Assembly (NCBI RefSeq): GCF_963676685.1
Contig: NC_092352.1
Span: 43,152,001-43,216,000, forward strand
Direction: 5' to 3'
Length of the DNA: 64,000 nt
Source: Mytilus edulis
Lineage: Eukaryota
Numbering within the stretch: position 1 is the stretch's first letter; each line of letters opens with the position of its first letter. The notes beneath the pieces were generated by a model, which searched no databases, was not told the DNA's origin, and worked only from the letters and a program-made list of their open reading frames with translations. This document shows, piece after piece, positions 23,744 through 37,590 of this stretch. The translations under genes were made by a program, and so were the position numbers.

Positions 23744-26700
23744 ATTGTCATTTTGTTTAGTTCCTTTTGATACCTTTTCTGAAATTGGACTTGGACTTCT
23801 TTTAAACTGAGTTTTACTGTGCGTATTGCTTCTACATTGGCTAGAGGTTTAGGGGAGGGTTGTGAACTTAAAAAAAATGTTTATCCCGCCGCATTTTTGG
23901 CCTGTATTGAAGACCCATTGGTGGTGTTCGGCTGTTTTCTGCTCTTTGGTTGGGTAATTGTGTCTTTGACATATTACCCATTTCCATTCTCAATTTTATT
24001 TATCGAATCAACTAAGGGAACAAAGTGACTTAACAGCTCACATTATTGACTTGGTAGTAATTTAATAGTTGACGAACTACTTTCAAAATTTACAAATACT
24101 ATAAATACAAACTTAAAAATGAATCAAAAAAAAGTACGTTATGTACTCTAGTATCTGACATTCCCTTGTATATAAAATAAAAGATGTGTCAAGTTGTCTT
24201 ATTCTGTATGTATGTGCCTATCCCATGTCAGGAGCCTGTAATTCAGTGTTTGTCGTTGTTTCCGTGTTACATATTTGTTTTTCGTTCATTTAATTTTGTA
24301 CATTAACTAGGCCGGGATTTTTTTCGTTTCTATTTTTATTTCGGGTCTTTTTATAGCTGACTTTGCGATATGGGATTTTCTCATTGTTGAAGGCCGTATG
24401 GTGACCTACAGCTGTTAATTTCTGTGTCATTTGGTCTCCAATTAATGATGAGTTGTCTCATTGGCAAGCATACCACATCTTCTTTTTAAAATTATTAACG
24501 CATATGTTTATAATGAATCTACTGTTGTAGTCCCCCTTTTATCAATTGTGTCTTTATGCTGAAGCGCAGTTAGATAAGCTGTATTCAGCATATAGACCTG
24601 CGTGTCAGATCCACATTCCATAACGGGGTTCACGATTTAACTTTTAGTTTTTGATATTTGTGAGATCGGATTTATGGTTTTCTTTATTGTTTATCCTTTA
24701 GTTCGACTATCGTGTTTTGTTTGAAATTCGCTATTTTACCCTTTTCCTTTAAATAAAATTTACACAATTTTTAAAATATATTATTATTTTCAATATGAAC
24801 AATAGAAAAAGTCCAATATGACAAGGTTGTTCTTTATTCTCTTACGTGTATGCACTTTTAGCTAGCTATAAAACCAGATTTATATTTTAACCAACAATGT
24901 GCTGCAGAAAAGAAGATGATGGTTCATTGTAGTTCAATGACACAGCAAGCCAACGACACTCGAAACACAAAAGTCAACAAAAGGACATTCTAAGTTGATT
25001 TTCATCAAAAAGGCAAGCATATATAAGTACAATTTGTCCTCTCTTAATAATCTCTCCGAAAGTAGAAATGTAAATAAATTAAACAAAAAAGGTTTGTCAT
25101 CAAAATCAGATTTCTTTTATGACAATATTGTTTGCCATACGAACACAAAACATTTAAAAATCTGTTTTCGTTTATTATTTTAGCATAATTCCGGCTACTG
25201 AACCGTTTTCATTTTTCATTCTGGGGCCTTTGAATATAAGCTGGCTTTTCAGTACCGGCTTGCTCATTGTTGAAAGCAGCTAGGTAGCAAGGATACACAT
25301 GACAAAAAGAAAACAATAGCAACAAAAGAGGCGAAAGAGCAATGAATTTTAATATGAAAAAAAAAACTTACAACAATATATATTTATACTTGTCATAAAA
25401 CACTAAAAGTTTTTTCGTTTGAACTGTTCCACATTTTATCCGGTCGAGACATTTTGGTATACTAGTTGAAAATGTTGTATTGGCCTTGCTCATTGTTGAC
25501 GGTCGCTTGCTGACCTATCGTGTCTTACTTTTTTGTCATTTGGGCTCTGGAGCATTGTTGTCTACTTGGCATGCAATCATACTAGTATTGCCATACGATT
25601 TTATGTTTATGAAAATAGTTTTTAAACACAGAAATGTACCCTGAAATATCCATGTTAAGTATCACCTGAATATGACAAAATCCTTGCGGGTAATACAAAT
25701 ATAACAAATTGAGATGTCAATATGAAAGAAACACTAATAACTTGTAAATGTGTGAAGATTAAGTAAATTCGATGCTAACTTACAAGATACTAGAACAAAT
25801 TCGAGGCACCTTACATAATAAGCCGTTGAAAAATCTAAAATGATTTTAAGAAAAATTGATCCATTGAAATAAAATATGAGGAGCTACATGAAGGCAGCAA
25901 GGTATTACCAACAATTGTAGTGAAAGTAATACAAGGACTTTTAAATGTGTAGATATATCATAAATTCGATAAAAAAAAACCTACAAGATACTAACTTGAA
26001 GTCGATGCGCACCATAGAATATTAAACGATTAAACTAAAACAATGAATTTGAATTTGAGGAACTAAAGCAGTAATGCAACAATAAATTTTGTGATATACA
26101 TATATACTGAAAACTCGTGAGTGTGTGAGTATTACATAAATTCAAAGGAAAATTACAAGATACTAAAATCAATTTGATGCAACTTGCAATATAAGCAATA
26201 GAAAAAAATAATTTAGGAATAAATTGCATTGTCCATTGAAATAAAATTTGATGAGCTAAGCGGAAAGTCAACCTTAAATTGCGTGATATTAAAACTAAAA
26301 CATCTTTATGTAAATTCCAACTGTAAATTATACACGAGACTAAATTCAATTCGATACACCTAAAAATATGTTTACCAGTTGAAAATCTAAAATGATTTAA
26401 ATTACACCTTCTGTGAAAGTAATACTGAAAATTTGCAAATATGTGGATGTTACATATTCGATTCAAAACTACACTTGAGATACTAAATTTAATTTGCGGC
26501 ACCTTAAGGTATAAACCATAGACAAAAATGTAAAATGATTTAAGAATAGATTGTTCCATTAAAATTATAAAATTAAATTTGATTCGAGGAGCTGGACAGT
26601 AAGCAACGATAAATATATCTAAAACAGGAATATATTGATATGTGATGTCTGCTATATATCCAGTAGCAAATAATTCATGCATTTTCAGGATGATAACACA

Positions 26701-29700
26701 TGAACAATTCATACAATAAATAGGTTATGTAATGGTGTCGACCTGGATGAAGGTCTGGAAGTTTGGACTGCCACTGGAAAATAATGGTTTATGGAGAGGA
26801 AAAGAATTTCAGTCTTTCCACTACGCCAAAAACAGACCCCTAAATGGTTGTTACAAGGGTTCTTAAGTCGTACAGAGAGCGTGACACTCTATACACTAGT
26901 TATACCATTTAACGAGCCCCATTCTGATCGAGAATGATAATTGTGTATTTATACATCCTACAAAACCATTGGACACCCGCCTTTGACAAAGGTTTTACTC
27001 AACCGGTCGGAAGAAGACCTAAAGGTACCACATTTCTATTCACCAGTCACCTTTTATGTGTCAAAACATCTGTAGAATCACGAATGGTCTGTAAAAATCA
27101 TAGACAATAGCATAACATTTGGATTTAAAGTTTTGATAACATAAAAATGATCAATGTTTTGATTGAATGACAAACTATTAGATACTTAAAACTTCGTCAA
27201 CTATTTTTTTTAAATATATATATAATTCAACCGTTTGGTATATAAAGTTTAGTTTTGGAAATCACGTGATTTATGACACCAACAAAAACAGATTAGTCAA
27301 ATTCATGAATCATTTTCTCAAATTCTTCATCGATTTATAATTTTTCGATCGTTATTTATTTATTTCTAGCATCACCGTGTAATTAGATTATTCTCAGCCT
27401 TTCGATGATCAAAATATATTTGAAAAGACAGGTTTTGATAATACGACAGCATAAAATACGAAGAAAATACTTGATAACATCACCTACAAAGTGCAAATTA
27501 TTTTTCAGATAACTAGAAGCGGGAAATAAAAATTTGGCTACAAAAAAAATCACAAGTGAGGCTAATAATCAAGGAATTGTATATACGGCGGCGGGTTTCG
27601 AGAAATCGCCACTTATAGTAAAACAAATACTTTAGCGCCGCTTTTTACGTGCAATCAGATACATTTATCATGTTTATTGTTCCAAGACTCAAATTGATTG
27701 CATCGATGGAAATAAAATTGAGAATGGTATAAATGCTACAAATGTCACTTAGTCGATATTCAGATTTTGTTGAACGAGTTCTAAATGTCTTCAACATGTT
27801 CAAAGCCGACATTATGCCAAACTTCAGCATAATATATGCCATGCAGTAATTCCTTTTTTCAATGTATACTGTTGATAATTTTATGTCTCTCCTTTTGTTA
27901 TGTTTCAAATTTGTCATACATATAGATAAAATATAGAGACTATAAAGGCTAAGAGAGGCAACTCTTACTACTTTTATACCTGTTTTGTAATTGTATAATA
28001 TTATTAAACAGAATGTTACAGTTATATATGCCGATACAAATTGTCTTTCAGTAATAATTTTAACGTGACAATCGGGAATGAATTGTAAACATAGTTTCCA
28101 ACCTTCCTGTAAGAAATATTTGCCACTGGCATATAGACCAAACATATTAACAAAAAATAAAGACAAGAAATACACAAATGTGCCATTGTACAATAACACA
28201 ATGTCGGGATGTATATGTACAGAGCCACGTCATATATGTATCAAAGAACCATAAAAAGGCATATATAGTAAACGAAGATTAGCAAAAATGAAAGACACGA
28301 ATACAAAATTGTTTCACAATAGCAAAATAACGGGATGTACAAGTACAGAGCCAAGTCAATTTTTTCAAGAAAACACCAAAAAGCATAAAGACACCAAACA
28401 TGCCAAAAAGGCAGTATATTATTTTCATTTTTTTTTTGTATTGGTTATAACGAGGTTATAACAACAACCATAGTAATAAAGCATATATATTACAGCTTTT
28501 ACCAAGACTTCTTGAGTTCTGCAGCTTTGTTCGACAAATATCAATTTAAACAACTAAAATGGACTATCGCAGTTGTCTTTTTATTACTATTTTCGTTAAC
28601 TCAACCGCCTTAACTTATCTTTACATAACTGGTAATGCTATCAGATCATGATACAACATTCATTATGAACGATGTTTCTTTTTTTGAGCTGCAATGGAAA
28701 TCTCTGGAAATTTAAACCAAACACACGCACATCGGTAAAAAAGATAAGATACAAATTCTTATTGAAATGCCGTAACTTATATAATAGAAAACACAAGATT
28801 GAAAAACGAAATTTATTAACAAGACAAACAAGAGCATGAAGAGCTTTTTAAAACAAATTGCCTGGCGGAGTTGCATCAATAGTACACAAGTTATAACCAT
28901 TTCAAAAAGTAGTGAGTTCTGTCAAGCCTGGTTTTCGATAGGTTTATATATCGATGTGTTGGACAGTTGGCGAGTGCGACCTATTTCATGTTGTTAAGTA
29001 GAGTTATCGCGCTTGGTCCTATTTTTGGTTAACGATTATGTCGTTAAATTATCTTCACTTAGAAAACCCAAATAAAATGAGTGATTGATCGATTGATTAT
29101 TGATTACTGACCGTCCATTGGCAAAAGTTTCTTGGATGCTCAGGACGAGAAAAAGATCATCAATACATACAATAGATAGGTCATGTAATAAGGACCGCCC
29201 GAGATGAAGGCAAGATGTTTAGTTTGCCACGGGCAAATGAGGATATATTTTATAACCAAGTGGTTGCGTATCTATACATCCCGTACAGCGAACGAAGACG
29301 CTCTTTATCATGCCCTTGTTAGTATAATTTCGAATTAAGAGCTTGAATATCCCTTCGGTATGTTTCGCCTCTACTTGACAAAATTGTTTCTGCCGGTTAA
29401 TAGATCGATGCCGGATCGATGCGAATCACACAACAAAAACAATGCACAATTTTCGACATTTGTCACTTTGACAAGATAGTTTGAATTGCGCAATCCAAAA
29501 TATTTAAATGAAGAATTGATTCTCCATGCCAGTTAACTAGTTTATTTTTTAACTTTTATTTATACAAAACTTGTGGTCCAAAGCATACCAGTCGATGGTT
29601 TACTTAACCCATAAACACGTGATGTGCACAAGGATGTTGCTTCATACGTTTTTTTAAATCACAAGAAGTTATACGACAAATGTGGTTTGAGAATACCTAT

Positions 29701-31905
29701 GTTCTAAATTGTTACAATAAGATTGATTGATTGGTGTTTGTCTTACGCCGCCTTAGCATAAAAAGGCTATATTGCGGCGAGAGCTAATTCATTTAAAATA
29801 AGAGACAATTATGTGATGATATAATCATTTATAACAGAATAAAAAAAGCGGTTTACCGAATCAAAGGTATAGTTTTCTTCTCTATACTTCCACGGTCTTT
29901 ACTTTTGTAAATTATGTATTTGTCATCTGATAGCTAAATGGATTAAGTGGTGATTCTTAAATTTTTAGAATTGCTTTGTTACATGACTTAACAAAGTGTT
30001 CCGACTGTAAACGAGCCGCTCCTTCGAAGCGTTGCATCTTTATTTATTTCTAGTGCAAATTTAAATTAGAATATAAATCAGCAAGTTTTTTCGGTATAAC
30101 AGGAAAAACTTCTAACCTTTGAAAAGTCAGTATTGTTAAGAACGCACATTTCGAAAAATTTAGAGCCCGGATATCTCGGTTCACAGTAAAACATATTTGA
30201 GCCACATATACAAATATTCTTTACCAGATGGCTATTTTTCATTTCCGTATTTAATCTGTTGAATCATTTGTGCAACTTTTATCAAACTTGGTGTTATAAT
30301 GCCTTTGTGATAAAGAAGACCTCTTATGACTAGAAGTCACTGTAAAAGGTAAAGGTCACATCAGCACATGATTTGAGTTACTGCAATTTGTATGATATAC
30401 TTTGAACCATATATTCAACTATAACCAAATGTACACAGAGAATGAGTCTTGATAAAACAAGACCATTTACAATATTGGTTAGTAGGTCAAAGGTCAAAAT
30501 CACAGTACCTATGAAGTGACTTAAAATTTTCAATCTTATTTCTCTCCAGACAATGGCATTTTAGCCGTTAATTAGATCTTAACTACTATATTTGGTGGAT
30601 CGATAAGATGTGTCCCCTAAAATTTGGGAAGTTGCTTGATAAAAGGTCTAGGTCAAGGTTAAAGAACCAATCGAAACTTAACTTTTGTAATAATATTAAA
30701 CATCGACTTTAGACTTTAAAAAAAAAATATCTGTTGTACTTCGGTTAATGCACCAATGTCTACCAATGGTGCTTCTGTAATAATGCATTTAGAATGATAA
30801 GCAGAAAATGGAGTAATAAAAGTGTAAGCTTGTTTTGCTTGCCTTCTTTTCAATAAATTCATAACGTTTATATATATGTACATTCAAACATTTACACAAA
30901 GTTACTTTGCTATAACAGAAATACAGTATATAATATAGCTCTGCGTTTGCTATAATTGTGCAATGTTCAGGTTGTATATTATACTTAAGAAACTTCAAAT
31001 CGCTTAATAGTCCTGAACATGCATGAAATATTCGCAACTGGACATTAAGCAACCAACTATTAATCAAATCGCCTAGCTTCAGGTTCTACGCATAAATAAA
31101 GGCTTTAAAATGAATGCTTTGTAAGAAGGTCTCGTGATTTTGTGATGTGTAAGTACAGTTTTCTTAAGTTTAACGATTTATTAATTTAGCAATAAAGGTG
31201 TAGGTCACTGAGAAAAAGATATAAAAAAAAATGTACTTATATTTTTGTTTATACACTTGTTCTTGATGTATGTCTTATACCTAAAGCCTTTTTCAGCCTT
31301 ATCATTAAAAAGTATTGACTATAAATTATAAGATGTACCAGGTAATAGAATTAGGAATGCCATATATGGTAATATCGGTAGGAAGTTAAAAAAAAGTGAC
31401 AAAGAAAGGCATGAGGTCATACCACAAGTGACAATTGTCGTAATGAATGACAAGATACTTGTCATTTCATTGTAAAACAGGTATGTTAATGAGGACAAAC
31501 AATGCCTAGGTGTTCAAACAAGAGGTTTAATATGGGAACATTTCTTTTGAAAATTGTCAAACGGACGATAAAGTTTTTAAAACATATATTTCTATTATCA
31601 ATGTAACCTCATATAAACATTTAAAGTATTGGGTTTTTATCAAATATCTTGAATGATGGGCAAAAAAACGAACGAGTTGAAGATATCCCAATTGGTGTCT
31701 GACATCCATTATCAAGCTTGAACAATCCTAATTCTTGTGTATTACCTATCATATATGAACAACTGGGTTGCGTATGCGTTAACTCAGGATGTGACGTCTA
31801 TTCTCAGAAACATGATTCTAATTTTACGTATACAGTATTGAGGCTTTATAAATAAAAAGTATGCAAGATTAATATCATTATCAAAAGTAAACACACACAA
31901 CTAAC

Positions 31906-34221
31906 ATGGCAAAACTTTTTCTTTTACCAATAATTGCCAGTGTTTTAGGACTTTGTTCGGGAACATTTTTCTTTCATCGTCATCAGTACCAGTATCGGAA
32001 GCAATATCATATGGGAACCAGTGTCTACACGCCTCCAGCAAGATTTTATCCGGGTCGTCTGCCACCAACTTTTATACACACTCGTATTTTGATACCGTAT
32101 GATTCTCCTAGTTTTGAAGAAAGAAATCCTGTCCCTACAGCTATATTTCCAGTCGGTACCGTGTATCCATCTTCCTATCGCCAGTTTCCAAATCCACTTG
32201 CAAATCTGAATACGTATGATCTACCACCATGGAAACCAACAGCTCCAGTTTTCAATAATGGCATTGCAGGTCTAGATGTAGATAATGTTATTCCGCAATT
32301 TAAACCAACTCTTAATCAAGATCCACAGATACCAACAAGAGAATGGATAGCAGAAGTTCCAATTATTCAACAAGTTCCAACTATTCAACAAATTCCAACT
32401 ATTCAACAAGTTCCAACTGTTCCAGACACTAACAATGACAATAACTTTCTTCCTGATGTTCCATCATTTGTAGTACCTGTTGTAGTACCAGACCCCCCAC
32501 AAGTTCCTATCTTTCCCGGAGCTGACATCAATAATAACCAGAAGGGAGACGTCTACATCGAACAGCAAACAACAACTCAGCTTCCACCAATTATTGTAGA
32601 AAGACCAAAGTCATGTCAGGAAACGTAAGATTCTTCCTTTTTTTCTTTATATTTTTTTTATTGCTGAAACATTTATATTACATGTCTACACATTTTTTTC
32701 ATCAGTTATAAATAAATTCTACACTAAGGAAAATATCACTTACACTAGTTTCAGAAGGCTTCGCTATTTATTTGTATCAACCGCTGGTTTAGTGTGGCTG
32801 CGTTTGTACTTTGGGTTTCCGAATGCACCATCTGCTTAGTATCTTGAATTAACATACATATTAATTTATCATTAAATCTTATTAAAAATAATGTATGAGT
32901 ACTTTAACAAAAAGTTGCAGCTTCTACGCCTAGATTCACACCAGATTTACCGTTTAGGATTATATTGTCCTTGGATTTGATGCTTACAAGTGTTTCTATG
33001 TGCTTAGTTTTAAGATGATATTACGAAAATTATTTTATAATTTCATTGCAGTACTATCAAACGTACGCAGTTTTATTCAATAGTTGTTTGACTTTTTATT
33101 TTTATAATTTCAGAGGGTGCGGCCTTGGAAGTGAATGTGTATATAATAACAGTTATATCTGCCCTAAGGATGTCAAAGATATTCCATGTCGCTGCCAAAG
33201 AGGTAAACGCATTATACAGTAAAATTCTTCCTTATTTTAAAAAACTGAAACGTTTGGTTATATGCAAGAATCTTTACTAAAAATTACAATTGAGCGGCAG
33301 CATTGCGTTGAAAAGTCATTAACTGACAATATATCTTCCAATAGGAACAAATATATGTAACACTAGGAGTATTTAAACGGAACTTAATATTTGAAATAAG
33401 TTTAAAATTACATTTTTAAAATCTACGAAATTGCACATATCGACAAAAAGAAGATTTTATATTGTAGTAGTTTATTTTGTGTATATGATATAATAAATTT
33501 GGAATTTTGTAAAATCATTCCTTTTGTGGTTATTTTGCTGCAGCTTTAAATGTTGGTTTTTCTTATATTTTGTTTTTTACTTTCAGGTTGTCGCTTACAG
33601 CATACATTCATACCACTCGGAGTTACTACGATTATTGACCCATGTGGAAATATGTGTTCATGCAACAGTTTATTTGGAGGGGTAAGTTTCCATTTTGAAT
33701 GGTTTTCATTTACCGAAATTTGCACTCGTGAGAGGTCGCTGTTGTCTTAACGGTGGTTACTGCTATTGGTATTTACGCAAAACGCGCGGTTCGTCCAAAA
33801 AAGACTCATCAGTCACGCTCGAATTAAAAAAAGTTAAAAAGGCCAAATAGAGTACTGCATGGATTATAATAAGCCGACCTTTCATAAGTCAAAAAATAAA
33901 TAAAATAACAAAACAAAACTGTCTTGACTTATTGGTATCTATCGTTCATAAGTCTTAATATTTTTTCTGTTTGTTTTTTTTACTATATCTATTACAATTT
34001 ATAAATATTTCAATAATTGTTTTCAGGCTAATTGCACAGATATTCCATGTAATCCAAAACAACCATCTATTAACAACCCTACAACTGGCTTAATAATAGA
34101 ACCTGTACCGACTGGACCATCAGATGCTGGTCCCCTGCGCGGAGATTTCCCTGGATATTTACAACGTATGGAATATCCTCTACCAATACCAGGTCAACAA
34201 GGAGGAAATTTCCCTGTTTAA
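31906..34221 (+). CDS. Gene B: secreted Pro-rich protein with 12-Cys module and RGD motif, ~365 aa
   Basis: Exons 31906-32624, 33114-33202, 33587-33681 and 34027-34221; GT-AG, phases 2/1/0. Signal peptide, Tyr/His-rich start, Pro-rich region with (QQ[VI]PTI) repeats, then SCQETGCGLGSECVYNNSYICPKDVKDIPCRCQRGCRLQHTFIPLGVTTIIDPCGNMCSCNSLFGGANCTDIPC, then DAGPLRGDFP. TATAAATA at 31848-31855. Confidence 0.9.
33770..33850 (-). repeat. Degenerate retrozyme/hammerhead remnant in intron 3 of gene B
   Basis: tacgcaaaacgcgcggttcgtccaaaaaagactcatcagtcacgctc matches the 630-675 motif. CTGATGA is kept on the minus strand, but GAAA and the cleavage triplet are mutated. Confidence 0.6.
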
Positions 34222-35409
34222 GAACCCGGATTAGAGCCGAATTTTCCAGAAGAAACCTTTGTTCCGCCAATTCCATTTTAAACTGAAAACAAATTACCAG
34301 GATTTAAAGGAAATCAAGATTTACCAATAGATTCTAAAATCAGACTTTCAGAAATGAATCTTGTATCAGATAAGTCAAAAACAGATTCCATGTTATTTCC
34401 AGTGGCTAGTTAAGAAAACACTGATGAAAATCCAAACTATGATCTATGTAATCCATTATTTATAGTATTCGTGATCTTATTTATTTATTTCTCGTTCAAC
34501 TTACCATTGATCGAAATGTGCTTTCGTAACTGTCTCTTATTTTATATTATGTTTTACATTAAATCTGTTTTTTCTTTTTACTTAATGGTTTTGATATTTT
34601 CTTTTATTTACTTATTGTAACTAGCCCGATAAAATATTTATTTCGCAGTTCATTTCTTTTAGACAATCTAATTCCCCAAAAACTGACCTGCGCTTTCTCA
34701 ACAACGTTTAACAGTGTGGTGTAGAACGATTGGGACAACTAAAAACATAATTGCGGAGAACTTAATTAGCTTAAACTAAAAATATGGTAAATTCTGTGTT
34801 AAGAAGGGTCTTGAATTCAGTTGACAGCTTCAGCCATACTTATTCATGTTGACCCTTTTCTACTGGACCAAATCACAACTTCACCTTAAAGTTCCAGTGA
34901 CAATATTTTTGTACAATGTTATTTGACCCTTGCTTGCTAGTTGATGTATGAACATGAAGAGATCAATTCGGAAAGGTTTGAAAAACATTGAAAGTAATAG
35001 TGCACTGTCCACACTAAGGCCTATTTTTGCTGATAAAAAAAATTACACCACGTTCCTAGAATACAGTAACACAATTTCGAACTACCTGCTACATGTTTAT
35101 TAGAGTTCATATTGCGTTTGTATAGCAGTCTGTGTTGTCATCTACATGTATATAGGTGTGCAGGTCTTTGTTGTAATGTGTGTGTTGCTTTTTTTTTGCA
35201 CACAAGTTGTTTCCCCTTTATCGCGAAACGGACACACTGAGCTACTTTAGTACACACAAACTTTTATATATACATTGAGTAATATGCATATTAACTGCAG
35301 ATCGGTTAGAATGCAAATAAACTGTTCATCAATTACGCTGTAAATTAAGTATACATTTGCTAAGATGCATTTCAACTCTACACCTACGAAAAGGAATACA
35401 GGTAAAGAT

Positions 35410-36430
35410 ATATATACTCAGTTAATATATATCTTCACAAATGTACAAATTGTATGCATCTTTAAAAATGTACAAATTGTATGCATCTTTAAAAATGTAC
35501 AGCTAATAGGTATCTCAACAGATGTACAGTTAATATGCATCTCAACAGATGTACAGTTAATATGCATCTCAACAGATGTACAGTTATTACGCACCACAAC
35601 AGATGTACAGTTAATATGCATCTCAGCAGATGTACAGTTAATATGCATCTCAACAGATGTACAGTTAATATGCATCTCAACAGATGTACAGTTAATATGC
35701 ATCTCAACATCTCAACAGATTTACAGTTAATATGCATCTCAACAGATATACAGTTAATATTCATGTCAACAGATGTACAGCTAATAAGCATCTCAACAGA
35801 TGTACAGTAAATATGCATCTCAACATATGTACAGTTAATATGCATCTCAGCAGATGTACAGTTAATATGCATTTCATCAGATGTACAGTTAATATGCATT
35901 TCAGCAGATGTACAGTTAATATGCATCTCAACAGATATACAGTTATTATTCATCTCAACAGATATACAGCTAATAAGCATCTCAACAGATGTACAGTAAA
36001 TATGCATCTCAACAGATATACAGTTAAAATTCATCTCAACAGATGTACAGTTAATATGCATCTCAGCAGATGTACAGTTAATACGCACCCCAACAGATGT
36101 ATAGTTTGTAAGCACCTCACCAAATGTACAGATTATAAGCATCTCACAAAATGCACAGTTTGTAAGCATCTAACCAAATGTACAGTTTGTAAGCATCTCA
36201 CAAAATGTACAGTTTGTAAGCATCTAACCAAATGTACAGTTTGTAAGCACCTCACCAAATGTACAGTTTATAAGCATCCCATAAAATGTTCAGCTTATAA
36301 GCATCTCATAAAATGTACAGTTTATAAGCAACAGTTTATAAGCATCTCATAAAATGTACAGTTTATAAGCAACAATTTATAAGCATCTCATAAAATGTAC
36401 AGTTTATATGGATCTCAACAGATGTACAGC
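35410..36430. repeat. 27-bp minisatellite
   Basis: Consensus cagatgtacagttaatatgcatctcaa, drifting to aaatgtacagtttgtaagcatctcac at the right end. Confidence 0.95.
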
Positions 36431-36825
36431 AAAATTGCCTATATTAAAGTATATGGTTTACCTGTTAATCAGATTATGATGATTGTTATAAAATTAATAT
36501 CAATAATGTCTAGTCTCTGGACGAGAATTGCTATACATGTAGTCTTGGTTTGTGTTTTGTTTGCTGTATTTGTTGTTGCTACTGATTTTAGCAAGTAAAT
36601 GCTTTTTTGCCGGGCAAGTAAACATCAGTACGTTGATGGTTTTCTGTAAAGAAAAAAGTAAGGAACTGGTACTTTGTCCAGATTGCGGGGTTGTTCAATC
36701 ATGACTATTAGTGATTTAAAAAGAAATATACTTATATTCATATTCTAAAAATGAAATTACCCCTCTTTGAATCAGTTCCGAACATAGTGCAGCTTTTTCT
36801 ATTTGATGTTGCCTATCTTGTTTAT

Positions 36826-37590
36826 GTTTAGATGAGCGAGAGCGAGAGTAGATGAGTGAGAGTGAGAGTAGATAAGCGAGAGTGAGAGTAGATAAGTGAG
36901 AGAGTAGATGAGCGAGAGCGAGACTATACGATGTGTGAGGGCGAGAGTAGATAAGTGAGAGTGAGAGTAGATAAGTGAGAGAGTAGATGAGCGAGAGCGA
37001 GACTATACGATGTGTGAGGGCGAGAGTAGATGAGTGAGAGTGAGAGTAGATAAGTGAGAGAGTAGATGAGCGAGAGCGAGAGTAGATGAGTGAGAGTGAG
37101 AGTAGATAAGTGAGAGTGAGAGTAGATAAGTGAGAGAGTAGATGAGCGAGAGCGAGACTATACGATGTGTGAGGGCGAGAGTAGATAAGTGAGAGAGTAG
37201 ATGAGCGAGAGCGAGACTATACGATGTGTGAGGGCGAGAGTAGATGAGTGAGAGTGAGAGTAGATAAGTGAGAGAGTAGATGAGCGAGAGCGAGAGTAGA
37301 TGAGTGAGAGTGAGAGTAGATAAGTGAGAGTGAGAGTAGATAAGTGAGAGAGTAGATGAGCGAGAGCGAGACTATACGATGTGTGAGGGCGAGAGTAGAT
37401 AAGTGAGAGAGTAGATGAGCGAGAGCGAGACTAAACGATGTGTGAGGGCGAGAGTAGATGAGTGAGAGTGAGAGTAGATAAGTGAGAAAGTAGATGAACG
37501 AGAGCAAGACTATACGATGTGTGAGGGCGAGAGTAGATGAGTGAGAGTGAGAGTAGATAAGTGAGAGCGAGAGGCGAGAGTAGACGACGA
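36826..37590. repeat. Purine-rich compound micro/minisatellite
   Basis: Iterated gagagtagat(g/a)agtga / gagcgagagcgagactatacgatgtgtgagggc blocks. Confidence 0.95.

Noticed and set aside
26035-28228. 225-aa and 184-aa minus-strand hydrophobic ORFs
   Set aside because: AT-rich composition with no motifs; the first overlaps a degenerate ~180-200 bp tandem repeat.
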